Positions 51,122 through 64,000 of a DNA stretch of 64,000 nt are shown one piece after another. The position numbers were made by a program, and so were the translations under genes. How positions within the stretch are numbered: the first letter of the stretch is position 1; each line of letters starts with the position of its first letter. Where the stretch lies: the NCBI RefSeq assembly GCF_006345805.1, contig NC_043000.1, positions 155,124,001 through 155,188,000 of the forward strand, in the 5' to 3' direction. Source of the DNA: Octopus sinensis (lineage: Eukaryota). The notes beneath the pieces are model-generated. The model was given only the letters and a program-made list of their open reading frames with translations, made no database searches and was not told where the DNA came from.

Positions 51122-52914
51122 GGTGGTTTGATATATACACATACACGCAAAAGCATACATATATTTTAATCCGCTGTAACGTTACGTAATTCACTCAGGG
51201 CCTAAGACTTTCGTGTATTGTGCTTATCAAATATACATAGTATGTGTGTGTGGATGTGTGTGTTTATGCGTGTGCATAAGTGTAACTGTGTGTGTTTGAG
51301 TATGCAAGTGTAAGTGTATGCATATGTGAAAGACCTGAATATCTAAAGCTATACCTGCATATCTTAATATGATATACTAAATTGACGGACGGCCTAATCT
51401 AAGAACATTTCTTCACCTCTTGTGGAGGACTGATAGCAGCCAGAATACTTTTCTGACCTTTAACTACACTCTGATTACTTTCTTTCAACTGCTTTCCAGA
51501 CTCTTCTGGCATACATTAATATTAACCATCACACGTGTACGATATCCTTGTAGTTGAATTTGTGTGAAAATATGCGTGACTTCTTACTGATTCTTTCTTT
51601 TCCTTCTATGTGTTTTGTAGCCCAGGGTACGTAAAATAATTACTTTCCTGTGCTTTAATCAAGCTTGCTTGATAAGGTGAATGATGATAAGAAATTGATA
51701 TGATATACATAATTGCATATATTAAGATACAGACACTGACACACAATTTATTTATTAGAAACATTTATATTGAACATCATGAAAATATGTATGAAAGTGA
51801 CTGTAGGTCTCATTAAATATTTTATATATATACGTACTTGTGACTTCTCGTGAATATCACTGAAAAAATGGAGTAGCTGATTAAGATTCCGACCATATTA
51901 TTAATGACATAGATTTGTATTTCGCTGTCTATCTCAGCAAGAAAACTGATTAAAATTGGCTGATTTTCAGCCCATTTGCAGATGCATTAATATGGAGGTC
52001 CACTCAATGAGTGAAATGCCGTAAATCATTATAGTGACATGAAAAAAAAAAAAATGGAGCCATTAGTAACGAGTTCAAACTTGCAACATAGAAGTAAATA
52101 TTTATCATTTAATCAGACAGATGCAAGTAGCATGTTCAGACTGCTCCTATATAACATCGCTTATAGCATACAGTTAACATTAGGTGCTTGTTAAACTGTT
52201 CTGACCCCACAGGTCACTCCTTGTTACACCACTCTCATAGCATGTATGTGTTCGTAGTGAACACGAGAAAATTAAATTCTTTCATCATTTTAAGTCAAAG
52301 TAAGCTGCTCAAATTCATTGGCAGTCGAAGTTGCTTTTTAATAAATATTTATAATTGACGTTTTTGCAACATTTATAAACAAATCTTTTCTATACTGAGA
52401 TGAGTTGTTACAGCAAATACAAGGACATTAACAGCTACACATATAGAAATTACTAAATGTTGCCATCAAACACCTACATTGTTCGTGTTGTCCATCTTTT
52501 GTTGCTGATACTAAATATAACCGTCATCAACGAAATATTAAAACACTCCATCCAGTCTTTCTTCAACGAAGACTTCTTTGCTCTTTCCATTCCTCCACTG
52601 GATTGATAGAATTGCATGCTATCGATTTTCGCAATCCCTTAATCGATGATAATTAAAATAATGAATAATTATAAAAAGTATAAGGATTTTTAATAACATT
52701 GGCAGACCTATTTTATGGGTTATGGAAAAGTAAAAGGCTAATTTCACCCGGGAAAAAGTTGAACTCATAAAGTAAAAAGGACACACGTAAATGCAGTACG
52801 ATACTACCATTTATGCATATCCACGATATCAATCATAACAACACTGATGACGAGAAGAAGCGTGAGAAGAAGGATGTAGACTATCACAATGGCGACGATG
52901 ATAATAACAATGAT

Positions 52915-53280
52915 AATCCTTAGGCCTCAAATTTTTAGAGAGGGGGCTATTCGATTATATCGACCCCAGTGCGTAACTGGTACTTATTTAATCGACCCCG
53001 AAAGGATGAAAGGCAAAAATCGACCTCGGCGGAATTTGAACTCAGAATGTAGCGACAGGCGAAATACCTATTTCTTTACTACCCACAAGGGGCTAAACAC
53101 AGAGAGGACAAACAAAGACAGACGGATTAAGTCGATTATATCGACCTCTGTGCGTAACAGGTACTTATGATGAAAGACAAAATCGACCTCGGCGGAATTT
53201 GAACTCAGAACGTAACGGCAGACGAAATACGGCTACGCATTTCGCCCGGCGTGCTAACGTTTCTGCCAGCTCGCCGCCTT
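52915..53280 (-). mobile_element. Stacked partial and complete family B SINEs
   Basis: Two to three overlapping reverse-complement copies. Confidence 0.88.
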
Positions 53281-54229
53281 AATAATAACAATGATAAATG
53301 AGGACGGTAGTAATGAAGATGAAGAGGACCAGGATGATGACAAGGATAATATTATAAAGATAAGGAGAGCGGGGGGAAAGAAAGATGTAGACTATTTCAA
53401 CAACAGCAATGATAACGAAGATGATAGGAATGACGATGAAGAATGCGACAACGATTATAATGATAATAATGTTGACGATGAATATGATAAGCAGTGCTTA
53501 GCTGGTTATTTTTCTGCATTCCTTAGTCTTTCGTTATTTCAACCAGCCATTACCGAAAGTTCTTCTAGAAAAGCTAACCAGAATGCAGTAACTGGAAGGC
53601 TATGACATTCAAAGATGTTCTTGATAAGTTGTACTAAACAATGAGTAGCAACTCTTTGAAAATACCATCTTACTGTGCTTGGAAGAAAGGAATTCCACTC
53701 GGAATTGACATTAAACATTCAAGTAGAACTTGATGACCTTTGAAAGGTCAAAAACAAAATAACTTTAACTTTTTCGTTTAGAACAACCACTCTGCTCTCC
53801 ACACACTCACTATTTAAGTAGATTCTCTCATCTAACAGTTTAAGTCAGAGTTTGTCGTGGAAGTGTAATATAATTCAGGTGTCTGACTTGGCATATTCGC
53901 TTACAAGTTAGCATGTCCACACTATTATATTCATGAGATTTTCTCAGAGGCCCACAGGTATAAATTCATAGGCAAGAATTGTAGGATAACTTGAATCTAT
54001 CCTTACATATGCCAACATTTCCGTATTACTGACTCGTGGGAACTTAAATGCAAAGAACAGGGTATTTCAAATTCGAATAATGATCATGAAGTCATGATGC
54101 TAATATCTTCACTAACAAATACGTTAGAAAACAAAAGTAAATGGAATCTGTATTATTATATGTTAGGAGGAAACCAACCAATATTTCAGTAATCGTAATC
54201 TCATAGAAAGAAAAACTCATACTCTGAGA

Positions 54230-54450
54230 GACGTCCATGATGGTGACTTTGAAAATAATGATGCGTATTTTGGCTGTGGTGAAGTTGATTACAAAGACGA
54301 TGCTACTGCTGCTGCTGATGATGATGATGAATATGATGAAGATGATGAAGTCGACAACGATGACGACGACGATCATAATGATGATGGTGATGACGATGAT
54401 GATGATGACGACGAGGACGACGACGATGATGATGATGATGATGATGATGG
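54230..54450. repeat. (GAT/GAC)n low-complexity trinucleotide tract
   Basis: Direct reading; source of the poly-M and poly-I ORFs. Confidence 0.9.
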
Positions 54451-54644
54451 CGAACACTAGTGATAAAATTTTTGCTTTGTCAGAGCGCAAAAATGTACAG
54501 GGAAGGAGATACAGCAGGTTATGTATGAACTCCCGATGATTTCATAGAAGCATTTTTTAAATTTGATAAAGCCTGTTCCTCCTCACGCCAACATCTTCCA
54601 GGAAGAATCAAAGTTGACCTCAGCGGTATTTTAACTCACAGTTA

Positions 54645-54879
54645 AAAAGGGAGTGAGCTGGCAGAATCGTTAGCACGCCGTGCGAAATGCTTAGTGGTAT
54701 TTCGTCTGCTACTACGTTCTGGGTTCAAATTCCGCCAAGGTCGACTTTGCCTTTCATCCTTTCGGGGTCGATTAAATAAGTACCAGTTACGCACTGGGGT
54801 CGATATAATTGACTTAATCCGTTCGTCTGTCCTTGTTTATCCCCTCTGTGTTTAGCCCCTTGTGAGTAGTAAAGAAATA
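54645..54879 (+). mobile_element. Family B SINE with ~16-bp TSD
   Basis: GGTATTTTAACTCACA at 54625-54640 and 54880-54895. Confidence 0.9.
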
Positions 54880-55228
54880 GGTATTTTAACTCACAAGTTG
54901 AACTGAAATGCATTCCAAAGCTTAAGATTCCATTTTATGTCATTGACAATTCTACAGTCATGTTCAGTTACTGACACTTTACAAAGCTGAGGTGCAACAT
55001 ACACACTGGAATACTTCTCACGTAACTAGTAACATTCTATACTGAATCTAGAAGAAAGTCGTCGTCTGCTTCATTTTCAAAAGTTTACTTTCTAATACAC
55101 TACACACTTTAATCTACTGTTTCTTTATTCTGCCTCTTTTAGCTTTATAGCGGTCTCTGAGTATCTGAATGCACGATGCATTCACCTTGAGCAGGGATAA
55201 TTATCTCACCCTTCTGTTACATTGTTAT

Positions 55229-55652
55229 AGGCGTAGGAGTGGCTGTGTGGTAAGTGGCTTGTTTACCAACCACACGGTTCCGGGTTCAGTCCCACTGCGT
55301 GGCACCTTCAGCGAGTGTCTTCTACTATAGCCTCGGGCCGACCAAAGCCTTGTCAGTGGATTTGGCAGACGGAAACTGAAAGAAGCCCGTCGTATATATG
55401 TGTATGTATGTGTGTGTGTGTATGTTTGTGTGTCTGTGTTTGTCCCGCTAGCATTGCTTGACAACCGATGCTGGTGTGTTTATGTCCCTGTTACTTAGCG
55501 GTTCGGCAAAAAGACCGATAGAATAAGTACTGGGCTTACAAAAGAATAAGTCCCGGGGTCCAGTTGCTCGATTAAAGGCGGTGCTCCAGCATGGCCGCAG
55601 TCATATGACTGAAACAAGTAAAAGAGTAAAAGAGTAAAAGAGTAAAAGAGTA
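55229..55652 (+). mobile_element. Family A composite SINE with (AAAAGAGT)n tail
   Basis: Complete copy; about four tail units. Confidence 0.93.
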
Positions 55653-56074
55653 ACTGTTAGATCTTTGGTGTCCACACTGAAAAATCGAAACTATTTCCAT
55701 TCTCTCTCATGTGAATCTGAGGTGTTTTTGCATGCATGCAATGCTAGCTATTGATGTAATTATGGAACCACTCGATGGTTTTTAGTTATAAAATATAACT
55801 CACCTAAATACTACCCTCTCTTTACCTTCCTGTGATATCTTATACATATCACTTTATTGTATTAACATACTTTAACACAGGAATAAATATAATTTATAAC
55901 AACTATATGTCGAGGGTGATTCTTGGTGTTTTAGTCGACCCAACGACACCTGCTTCTCATCACTCTGTAAACAAAGTATATTTATATCTTTAATATAAAT
56001 GTTTCAATAGGTTATCATTGCTTCATTTATTTTAGTGATAAATAAGTATAAATCTTTACATATTCCTTGCCGAG

Positions 56075-56325
56075 AAATAGACTAAACTTATCCATCTGGC
56101 CACCAGATCTGAGCACTGATCCTGTTTGGAGAGTTTGGATGTCAGTTAACTTAGCAATACAATCTGCGTGAAACACAGCGATTAAAATATCCATATGTAT
56201 CTCTAACAGAATTGCCCTTGGTGAAGGAACACATAAACTATGATATCGTTCGTCAGCATCACCGATTAATGAAGTATTTCGTTGATTGCTGTCTTTCGTT
56301 AGGTGATCACTGTTGGAAGTATATA
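56075..56325 (+). mobile_element. Decayed Tc1-like transposase C-terminal remnant
   Basis: WPPDLS...VW followed by EHINYDIVRQHHRLMKYFVDCCLSLGDHCWKY, resembling the Tc1 end (W..IP...I..L..SM.RR...C....GG.T.Y). Confidence 0.45.
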
Positions 56326-56619
56326 TATAGTCATCAACAAGGTACAGAGAGAGAGGATTAAACTGAAATGTGTCCTAGCAACCTTATTCAATATATTATT
56401 CAATATTTTATTCAAGTATTTGAATTTATTTATACCACTGAGGTAACTTAAAGATTTAAATCTTTAACGCATATACAGCTTACTGCTATGAACTGTACCA
56501 AATTTGTAGTATTTATTTACAGTTAACTAATCTAATAAGATCTGTTCCTAGACACTCCATCCTGATTTTTTTTCTTTTACTTGCTGCTGCTTGGAGTAAA
56601 GAACAGTACCAATGACCTT

Positions 56620-58110
56620 CCGAGCTCCGTGACATTTCTATTAACGCTCCACTTATAATGTAGTAAGCTGAAACCAACAAGGACTATGTTCTACAGAGCC
56701 TACGTTCTAAGGAAGTAGAGATGGATATAGTGATTTGTACAGGCCTCAAGATATACGCCTGGATGATGAGATTTGAGAAACAAGTGTGTCGAAAGTTCCT
56801 AAGTGGAGGTGACACGATACCAGCCAGCTCCAGCGCTATTTTTGTGACCGTAGAAAAAGCAGAGAGACAACAATACATCTGTTGACCAGAAGCTGAAGTG
56901 CCAATGAGTGACTTGACTCCAATCAGCCGAGTGGAATTTCTCTAGAAGCACTTTAAGATGTCAATACGTGCAACGGCAACACCATTACAGATGCGTGTAT
57001 AATACTCCATTCAGAGTATTGTGAGCTTTGAGAGTGTCAGTAATTGTTTTAGTTGATATCCTGGCTTGAGGAAAAGGACCAGAATTCCAGATTCCATCTG
57101 AGATATGTTAAGTATGTCTTTTTGCCAGGAGAAAGCATCGGTGATACTGAGGCATAGAATTTTAATCGAACATGAGGGCTCTACTTGAGTGCTGCATGGG
57201 TTTGAAGTGTGATGAAATATTTTTCCCTTGTAGTTTTTGCTGTTGGCCGTTGGATGTTGTTTGCGATGTCTGTCATAATGGAGTCGGTGAATGTTTGAGT
57301 GAGGGATTTAGTTTGAACGGGAATGACGCATAGTTGGAGAAAGTTATATAAGAACGAGGGATAGCATCATCATTAAAAGAGTGGGAATTTTTGGATATGG
57401 TGGCTGGTTGCATAATAGATAGAGAATAAAAGAAAAAGACAGAATCCCATACTCCTGAGCTCGCAGTGTTTGGGACTAAAATTGCATCGTCAGCAACAAC
57501 TGAGAAAGAATGAGAGACGAACGGATCTCATAGTCCCTATTAACGATTCGTATGCCAGACATTGTCGAAAGTTTTGTCGATATCGGTAGCCAGATCATTG
57601 CTTTCATGAAATTTCTCTAAGACGAGAACACACTGGTTGGGTGGGAGAAGCATAGGAGAGGAGATTTCCAAAGGATCAGGCGTTACGTAAGCCGTAATGG
57701 TAGTCGTTGACGGGAAAGGGAGGGAAAGATATTCAAGTTGCTAGATAATTACCTTTGAGATATTGGAAGTGAGTACTTAAGGGAATAGGTGACAGGCTCA
57801 AAAGAGCTACCCTCCTTATCATTTTAGAAAATTACTCAGAATGACTGAAAGCTGTTATAACTGATATCCTGGTGAGAAAGGTGAGTTGAGTTTATTTATA
57901 CGTAGACAGCACCTATGAGTAGGAATTTCGTTAGAATGTGGTTTGCGGATGTTGAAGAAGAGAAGAGAAAATGACTGGGAAACTGGCCACTTGCCTCTAG
58001 ACATTCTGATTGAAGTTAGTGAAAACGTAAATGGTTTCGAACTAAAATAGAGCATTCTGAAGAGAAAGACTAATGAAAACAACGAATTCTTACAGAAGCA
58101 CAAAGTCACT
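56620..58110 (-). mobile_element. Decayed Jockey/CR1-group LINE ORF2 (RT and C-terminus)
   Basis: Minus strand DIDKTFDNVWH (RT motif DISKAFD.VWH), HSFNDD (YADD-like) and ELAGIVSPPLR in the C-terminal region; many frameshifts. Confidence 0.75.
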
Positions 58111-58287
58111 AATGTTATAAGGTATAGAAAATTAATCCAACATTGTTACTAGAGACACACTCGCACGCGCAGACACAGATGCACACATACGCACATAAGT
58201 AGAGTTCACGAAACTGGTGAAATGTAAATATTTCAATATTTTACTTTCTACAAAAAGATTTTAACATTGAGCTAATAAAACATTGGA

Positions 58288-58447
58288 GCATGGAGTGGCT
58301 GTGTGGTAAGTAGCTTACTAACCAACCACATGGTTCCGGGTTCAGTCCCACTGCGTGGCATCTTGGGCAAGTGTCTTCTGCTATAGCCCCGGGCCGACCA
58401 ATGCCTTGTGAGTGGATTTGGCAGACGGAAACTGAAAGAAGCCTGTC

Positions 58448-58523
<76 letters not shown>

Positions 58524-58740
58524 TTGTGTGTCTGTGTTTGTTCCCCTAGCATTGCTTGACAACCGATGCTGGTGTGTTTACGTCCCCGTCACTTAGCGGT
58601 TCGGCAAAAAGAGACCGATAGAATAAGTACTGGGCTTACAAAAAGAATAAATCCCGGGGTCGAGTTGCTCGACTAAAGGCGGTGCTCCAGCATGGCCGCA
58701 GTCAAATGACTGAAACAAGTAAAAGAGTTAAAGAGAGAGT
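58288..58740 (+). mobile_element. Family A composite SINE
   Basis: Complete copy with ~65-bp TA tract. Confidence 0.93.
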
Positions 58741-59152
58741 ATGTGTTCAACCACGCTTTTCTTGTAACTAGAGGTTCGAAAATGTGAAGAGCACTTCCAT
58801 AAATTAATTTGTTTCTTTAATTTATTTTCTCATATTTTCACTTTTTTCAAACTCTGCAACCAAAGAGAATATAGCACTTAAGCCGAAAGGATTAATGTTA
58901 CAACTTTTGTTTCTATAAGTATGCAGTGACAATCTCGTTGATATGACACCACAAACGATAATTACCCAGTCTTGGTTTCGATCCCACTTAAACCTCTTAC
59001 ATTATAAAGATCTGGTGTATATTCTGTTTTACACACACATAAATATTGTGTGTAATATTTTGAGAAGAAAAAACTATTAAATAAAATATTGTACTTAGTT
59101 TCCTAGACAGATTCCTACATGCACGAGCACACACGCACACGCATAGACACAC

Positions 59153-59227
<75 letters not shown>

Positions 59228-59339
59228 CACATATAAATATGTATATATGTATATACATACATACGTACATACATACATACATACATACATTATTATGGCT
59301 TCCCCCTCGTTATCGAGTATGGCCATTGCACGAAACTTA

Positions 59340-59785
59340 ACTGTTACTGGTGCTGTGATCGAATGTGACATTTTAGCCCAGCTAAAGATCTACGATGTCT
59401 TGTACAGAATTGGCAACTAAAACCTTTACTGGTAATAGCCGGCTGTAGTTGTAACAGGGCTTCATGTACCTTTGCATGTCGTTTAAGTCCTCCTACCGAC
59501 ATACATACATACATACATACATGCATGTACAAGATATATTAGAAGTTGACAAGATTTCTCAGAAAAACATAGTATGCAGCTTTCATCTCCGTTTATTTCT
59601 GGTGTGAATCAGACCATAATATGTTGTGGAAAGGCATTTTTCGAATTGTTATGCAACCAATACTTGATCCTCGTCATGACCATTTCCGTAAGTGTTTTAA
59701 AAGCATCTCTTACAAACGACAGTGGGGGATCACTTCTCATTCAGAATTATCAAACACTCCACTCTATTCAACTAATGCATCGGGT
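59340..59785 (-). mobile_element. RTE LINE 3' end with C2H2-like motifs, split by (TACA)n
   Basis: GGLKRHAKVH...[24 protein letters not shown]. Confidence 0.7.
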
Positions 59786-59966
59786 ATATGTATGCATGTA
59801 TGTATGTATGTATGTATGTATGTATGTATGTATGTATGTATGTATGTATGTATGTATGTATGTATGTGTATGTATGTATGTATGCATGCATGCATGTGTG
59901 TATGTATCTGTGTATGTATGTATTTATGTATGTATGTGTGTATGTGTGTACGTATGTATGTATCTA

Positions 59967-60023
<57 letters not shown>

Positions 60024-60477
60024 CATATTTGTGTGTGTATTTGTCTTAGTGTATCCGTGCGTTTGTGAGCAGTGTGTGCATTTGTGTATGTGTGTGTGTG
60101 AGTGTGTATTCGTGAGTGTTTGAGCGTGTGTATGTGTGTGTATGTACACTAGTTGATAAGGATACTTGACTTAATAAAACTACAGAAACTTGCAACAACT
60201 ACCTATAAATAAGCATAATTATATACTCAAATAAGTTATTTCTGCTTTACGGTATCTCACTGTGAATAAGTCAAGGGATGAACTAGATCTTTACCGTAAG
60301 TGTAGAATATTACGGCTGAACAAATTAAATGTAAACTCCTTGCTCTATGTACACTCATAAGTGTAAGCAACATGTTGGAACCATTTAAATGGGGTTAAAG
60401 ATCAGCAAGGGCCTCGCGAGCTTCAAAAACATGGATTGATACCGATTAAACAAATTTAGAAAGAATGTTACGACTAT

Positions 60478-60641
60478 ACGCAGGAGTGGATGTGTGGTAA
60501 GTAGCTTGCTAACCAACCACATGGTTCCGGGTTCAGTCCCACTGCGTGGCATCTTGGGCAAGTGTCTTCTGCTATAGCCTCGGGCCGACCAATGCCTTGT
60601 GAGTGGATTTGGTAGACGGAAACTGAAAGAAGCCTGTCGTA

Positions 60642-60693
<52 letters not shown>

Positions 60694-60886
60694 AGTGTGT
60701 GTGTTTGTGTGTCTGTGTTTGTCCCCCTAGCATTGCTTGACAACCGATGCTGGTGTGTTTACGTTCCCGTTACTTAGCGGTTCGGCAAAAGAGACCCATA
60801 GGATAAGTACTGGGCTTACAAAGAATAGGTCCCGTGTCGATTTGCTCGACTAAAGGTGGTGCTCCAGAAGTAAAAGAATAAAGAGT
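60478..60886 (+). mobile_element. Family A composite SINE
   Basis: Complete copy with small 3' deletion. Confidence 0.92.
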
Positions 60887-60899
60887 ATACTTAAAGATT

Positions 60900-61380
60900 T
60901 TGACATTAAAATAACGGTCGGGACCAATATCACAACATTCCCAACTAAAAGAATATATTTCTATGCATCCCCAAAGTAAATTTCTGCCTTATATAGACAA
61001 ACATTTCATTCACCAATATTCAATAATAAAGAACTGATACAAAAAATGCCATAGAATCTCTAGAATATCATTCGGAGAAATAATATTCAACCACACCGCA
61101 CTGATTTACAATGAAGCGGTTGGTTTCATAGAAAATATGCGAATACATACCCAAAGTTACTTAAATGAACCTTGAGCAAAAAATACCCAGAAAAACCAAC
61201 AATCCTATTTTAATCCGTTGTTCATTGAAAACGTAGCGTAAAATGTGGTAACATTTCTAACATTAGTCAACAAAATATTTCAGCAAGATACAATATAGGA
61301 AAATCGAAAACATCAGTTACACTCACATAAGGAACAGAGACTCAGCATCGAAGCCATAAACAATCACATTTAGAAATACG
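60900..61380 (+). mobile_element. Decayed Penelope RT C-terminal/linker remnant
   Basis: ...FNPLFIENVA*NV... resembles the PLE WFNPPFS.NV.TN motif; A-rich coding-like composition. Confidence 0.5.
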
Positions 61381-61603
61381 TAGCCCTCAGCTCACAACCG
61401 AAAACAGATCAAAGTGATATCCGTTAAATGGAAATTGATTTCAGATATAAATGATCTACTGAGGTACAGTATTTCAAGTGAGACAAACCAACAAAACTAC
61501 GTTGGAGCAACAAATATATCGTTCCGCAGTATAAATGTATAGAAGAACTGTTATCTTTCTATCGAAGTGTACTTGACACACAGGGAGATTTGTATACATA
61601 AAC

Positions 61604-61892
61604 ACATACATACATACATACATACATACATACATACATACATACATACATACATACATACATACATACATACATACATACATAAATACATACATTCATA
61701 CACATACATAAATACATACATATACACATATATACATACATACATACATACATACATACATACATTCATACACATACATACATACATATATACATACATA
61801 CATACACACATACATACATACACACATACATACATATATAGATATGCATACGTACATTCATACATACCTGCATGCAGACAAACAAACAGACG

Positions 61893-61988
<96 letters not shown>
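61604..61988. repeat. (TACA)n followed by (GATA)n microsatellites
   Basis: Direct reading. Confidence 0.95.
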
Positions 61989-61989
<1 letters not shown>

Positions 61990-63127
61990 GTAGTTAGATT
62001 AGTATGTACACGGAAATTGAGAAATAATAGGCATTACCCCCACTTACATAATTAGTTCCAGCATACACTTCCGGTGCACCCATGAAAAATATTACAATTA
62101 CTCAACAAATGTGCTTTCTGAACAAATTAGATGATATCACATTGCACACACCAGAATGAATTCCTTTTTACAAACAGAACTACAAACATGATAAATATTC
62201 AATGACTCAACGGCATCAGTAGTAGCAGTGGGAGTACAACAATGCCAAAGCCAACGGAACAAGAGATCAAATTAACCCATAAATAGAATGACAGCTTACA
62301 GACATCATATATTAAATGAAAACCCCCAACAGATTATATCAAAAACATCTTTAGCTACTTCAGATACAAAATTAATAAATAATGAAGTGGATAGAAGTAC
62401 GATTTTATCAAAACAGGATCTGAATGACGTAATCGACCGTCAGATACAGAATAACTACTGAGGAACAATGAATAAAAAAATATGTTGCAAAACAAAGCAC
62501 TGTCAAGTGAAGCAAAGACAGAGCGATTACTGAATTGTCCAATGAGAAAAATACAGACACACAACTTCAGGAAACAGGATGTGAGCATCAATATGCCGAT
62601 AAGCAACACCGATACCCTCCCCACAAAATAGAGCCAAAGCATTGATAAATGATATGACTGTAAGCATATCCAACTCTTTAGTAAAACAATATTGAAAACT
62701 GGCTAATGAAAACGATAGCTATAGTTAAAAGAATCAATCGCTCAGTTGTGTATAAACCATCCTGAATGCCGAAAAAACACAGTTCACGCCTGAAGATTGC
62801 TGTGGTGTAAAACTCGAGTCCGTTTAAATAAACTACACGGGTGCACTAGCGCGTATAATAAGTTTGTGTGCATCAGGGGAAAGGGAGATAATGATGATCA
62901 TCACATACTTCTCTGCACGCGTCTTTGAGTTGCTTCTATTCCATGTTTTTGCTCTAAGCTTCTGCTTCATGTTTTTTGCCATCGCCCCTTTCTCTCATCT
63001 TAAAATAATTTAAGATGTAATATATTGATAAAATACTGTTTCAGATATAGTATTACGTCATTTTTCACCATGTTACTTAATTTACTAAAAGCATCTTATA
63101 TAGTCTATATTCAATCTTTTATTTCCT

Positions 63128-63525
63128 ACTAGCAGTATCGCCCGGCGTTGCTCGGGTTTGTAAGGGAAATAACTATATAAGCATTTTTAGAGAGTTATAG
63201 CCAAAACATAGCAAAAAATGCATTAAAAATGGAAAAAAAATGATGGTAAATTTTTTTTTAAATCGTTGACTCATCGTAGACATTTTTAGAGAGTTACTTC
63301 CTTTATATAATAGCGAAAAAAATGCATTAAAATGGAAAAAAATGATGGTAATTTTTTTTTAATCGTAGACTCATCGTGGATGCGCGCTAATACCCAGAAG
63401 GGCTCGATATGAATCACGACTATAAGATACCCGGTTTTGGTTAAACTGCATCGCAAAATGTGGGAGTAGTTAGGAATCTAAATCGTAGGAGACAGACACA
63501 CAACTTCACTTTTATATATAAAGAT
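63128..63525 (+). mobile_element. Non-autonomous Helitron/Helentron-like element with internal ~100-bp tandem duplication
   Basis: 5' ACTAGCAGTATCGCCCGGCGTTGCTCGGG (subterminal hairpin); duplicated 63182-63281 / 63282-63380; 3' gacagacacac...ttttatatataaagat. Confidence 0.65.
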
Positions 63526-64000
63526 ATATAACCATATTTTAATTTTTACCAGCTGTCCAAAGTATATATATATAATTGTCAGTTGTTATTAAGCAAGATG
63601 ACTGATTATGGTTATTTCACTCTAAGCATGACTATTGAATATGACTTTTCTTCATACTTATTTTTTGTTCAGACTAGTTGATTTCATAGTTCTGTTCGAT
63701 TATCAATTGCTTCAGTTCATGAGAATCTTTTCCTAAAATGACTATATCGTCAGCAAACCGTTTATGCATATTTCTCTTTCATATAAACGAACCTTGTTAA
63801 AAATGCATTCCAATGTTGCATTAACAAGTTTGGGCGATATCATATCCCATTTTTAAAATCCTCTTTTAATATCGATATTTTGCTATCAATATGAAGTAGC
63901 ATTGATATTCTTCCTTGGTTATAGATTTTCTTACTAATCTGCATACAAGTTTGATGTTTTCCCCAACGATGACAAACTTCAATCACAACCAGGATTTCAA

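Noticed and set aside
54092-54539. Poly-Met / poly-Ile ORFs and the Asp-rich ORF at 53291-53605
   Set aside because: GAT/GAC trinucleotide low-complexity tracts; no splice or domain support.
56209-56341. Plus-strand exon-like open segment with good acceptor and donor
   Set aside because: Peptide and upstream WPPD motif fit a decayed Tc1 transposase C-terminus.

Overview
AT-rich eukaryotic non-coding DNA, most likely coleoid cephalopod (Octopus). This is inferred from the tRNA-headed SINE families and extreme microsatellite density, not from any marker gene. I recognise no intact host protein-coding gene, rRNA, tRNA gene or CRISPR array. Nearly all ORFs in the track are microsatellite artefacts or decayed transposon fragments. 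The window is a mosaic of two abundant SINE families (over 10 copies each), decayed LINE fragments (CR1/Jockey-like, RTE, RLE-type), Penelope-like (PLE) remnants, Tc1/mariner and hAT pieces, non-autonomous Helitron-like elements, foldback elements and long TA/TACA/TATC/CA tracts. The most interesting signal is a dispersed set of minimal type I hammerhead-ribozyme (HHR) motifs with short or palindromic helix III, at 2366-2428 (-), 5748-5785 (+), 10697-10743 (+) and 18039-18125 (+), plus decayed copies. One of them sits at the apex of a ~390-nt foldback just 3' of a Penelope GIY-YIG ORF. A few minus-strand segments with strong splice sites suggest an unannotated, possibly non-coding, spliced transcript. 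All family assignments are by eye and from memory of consensus motifs; none were checked against a database.
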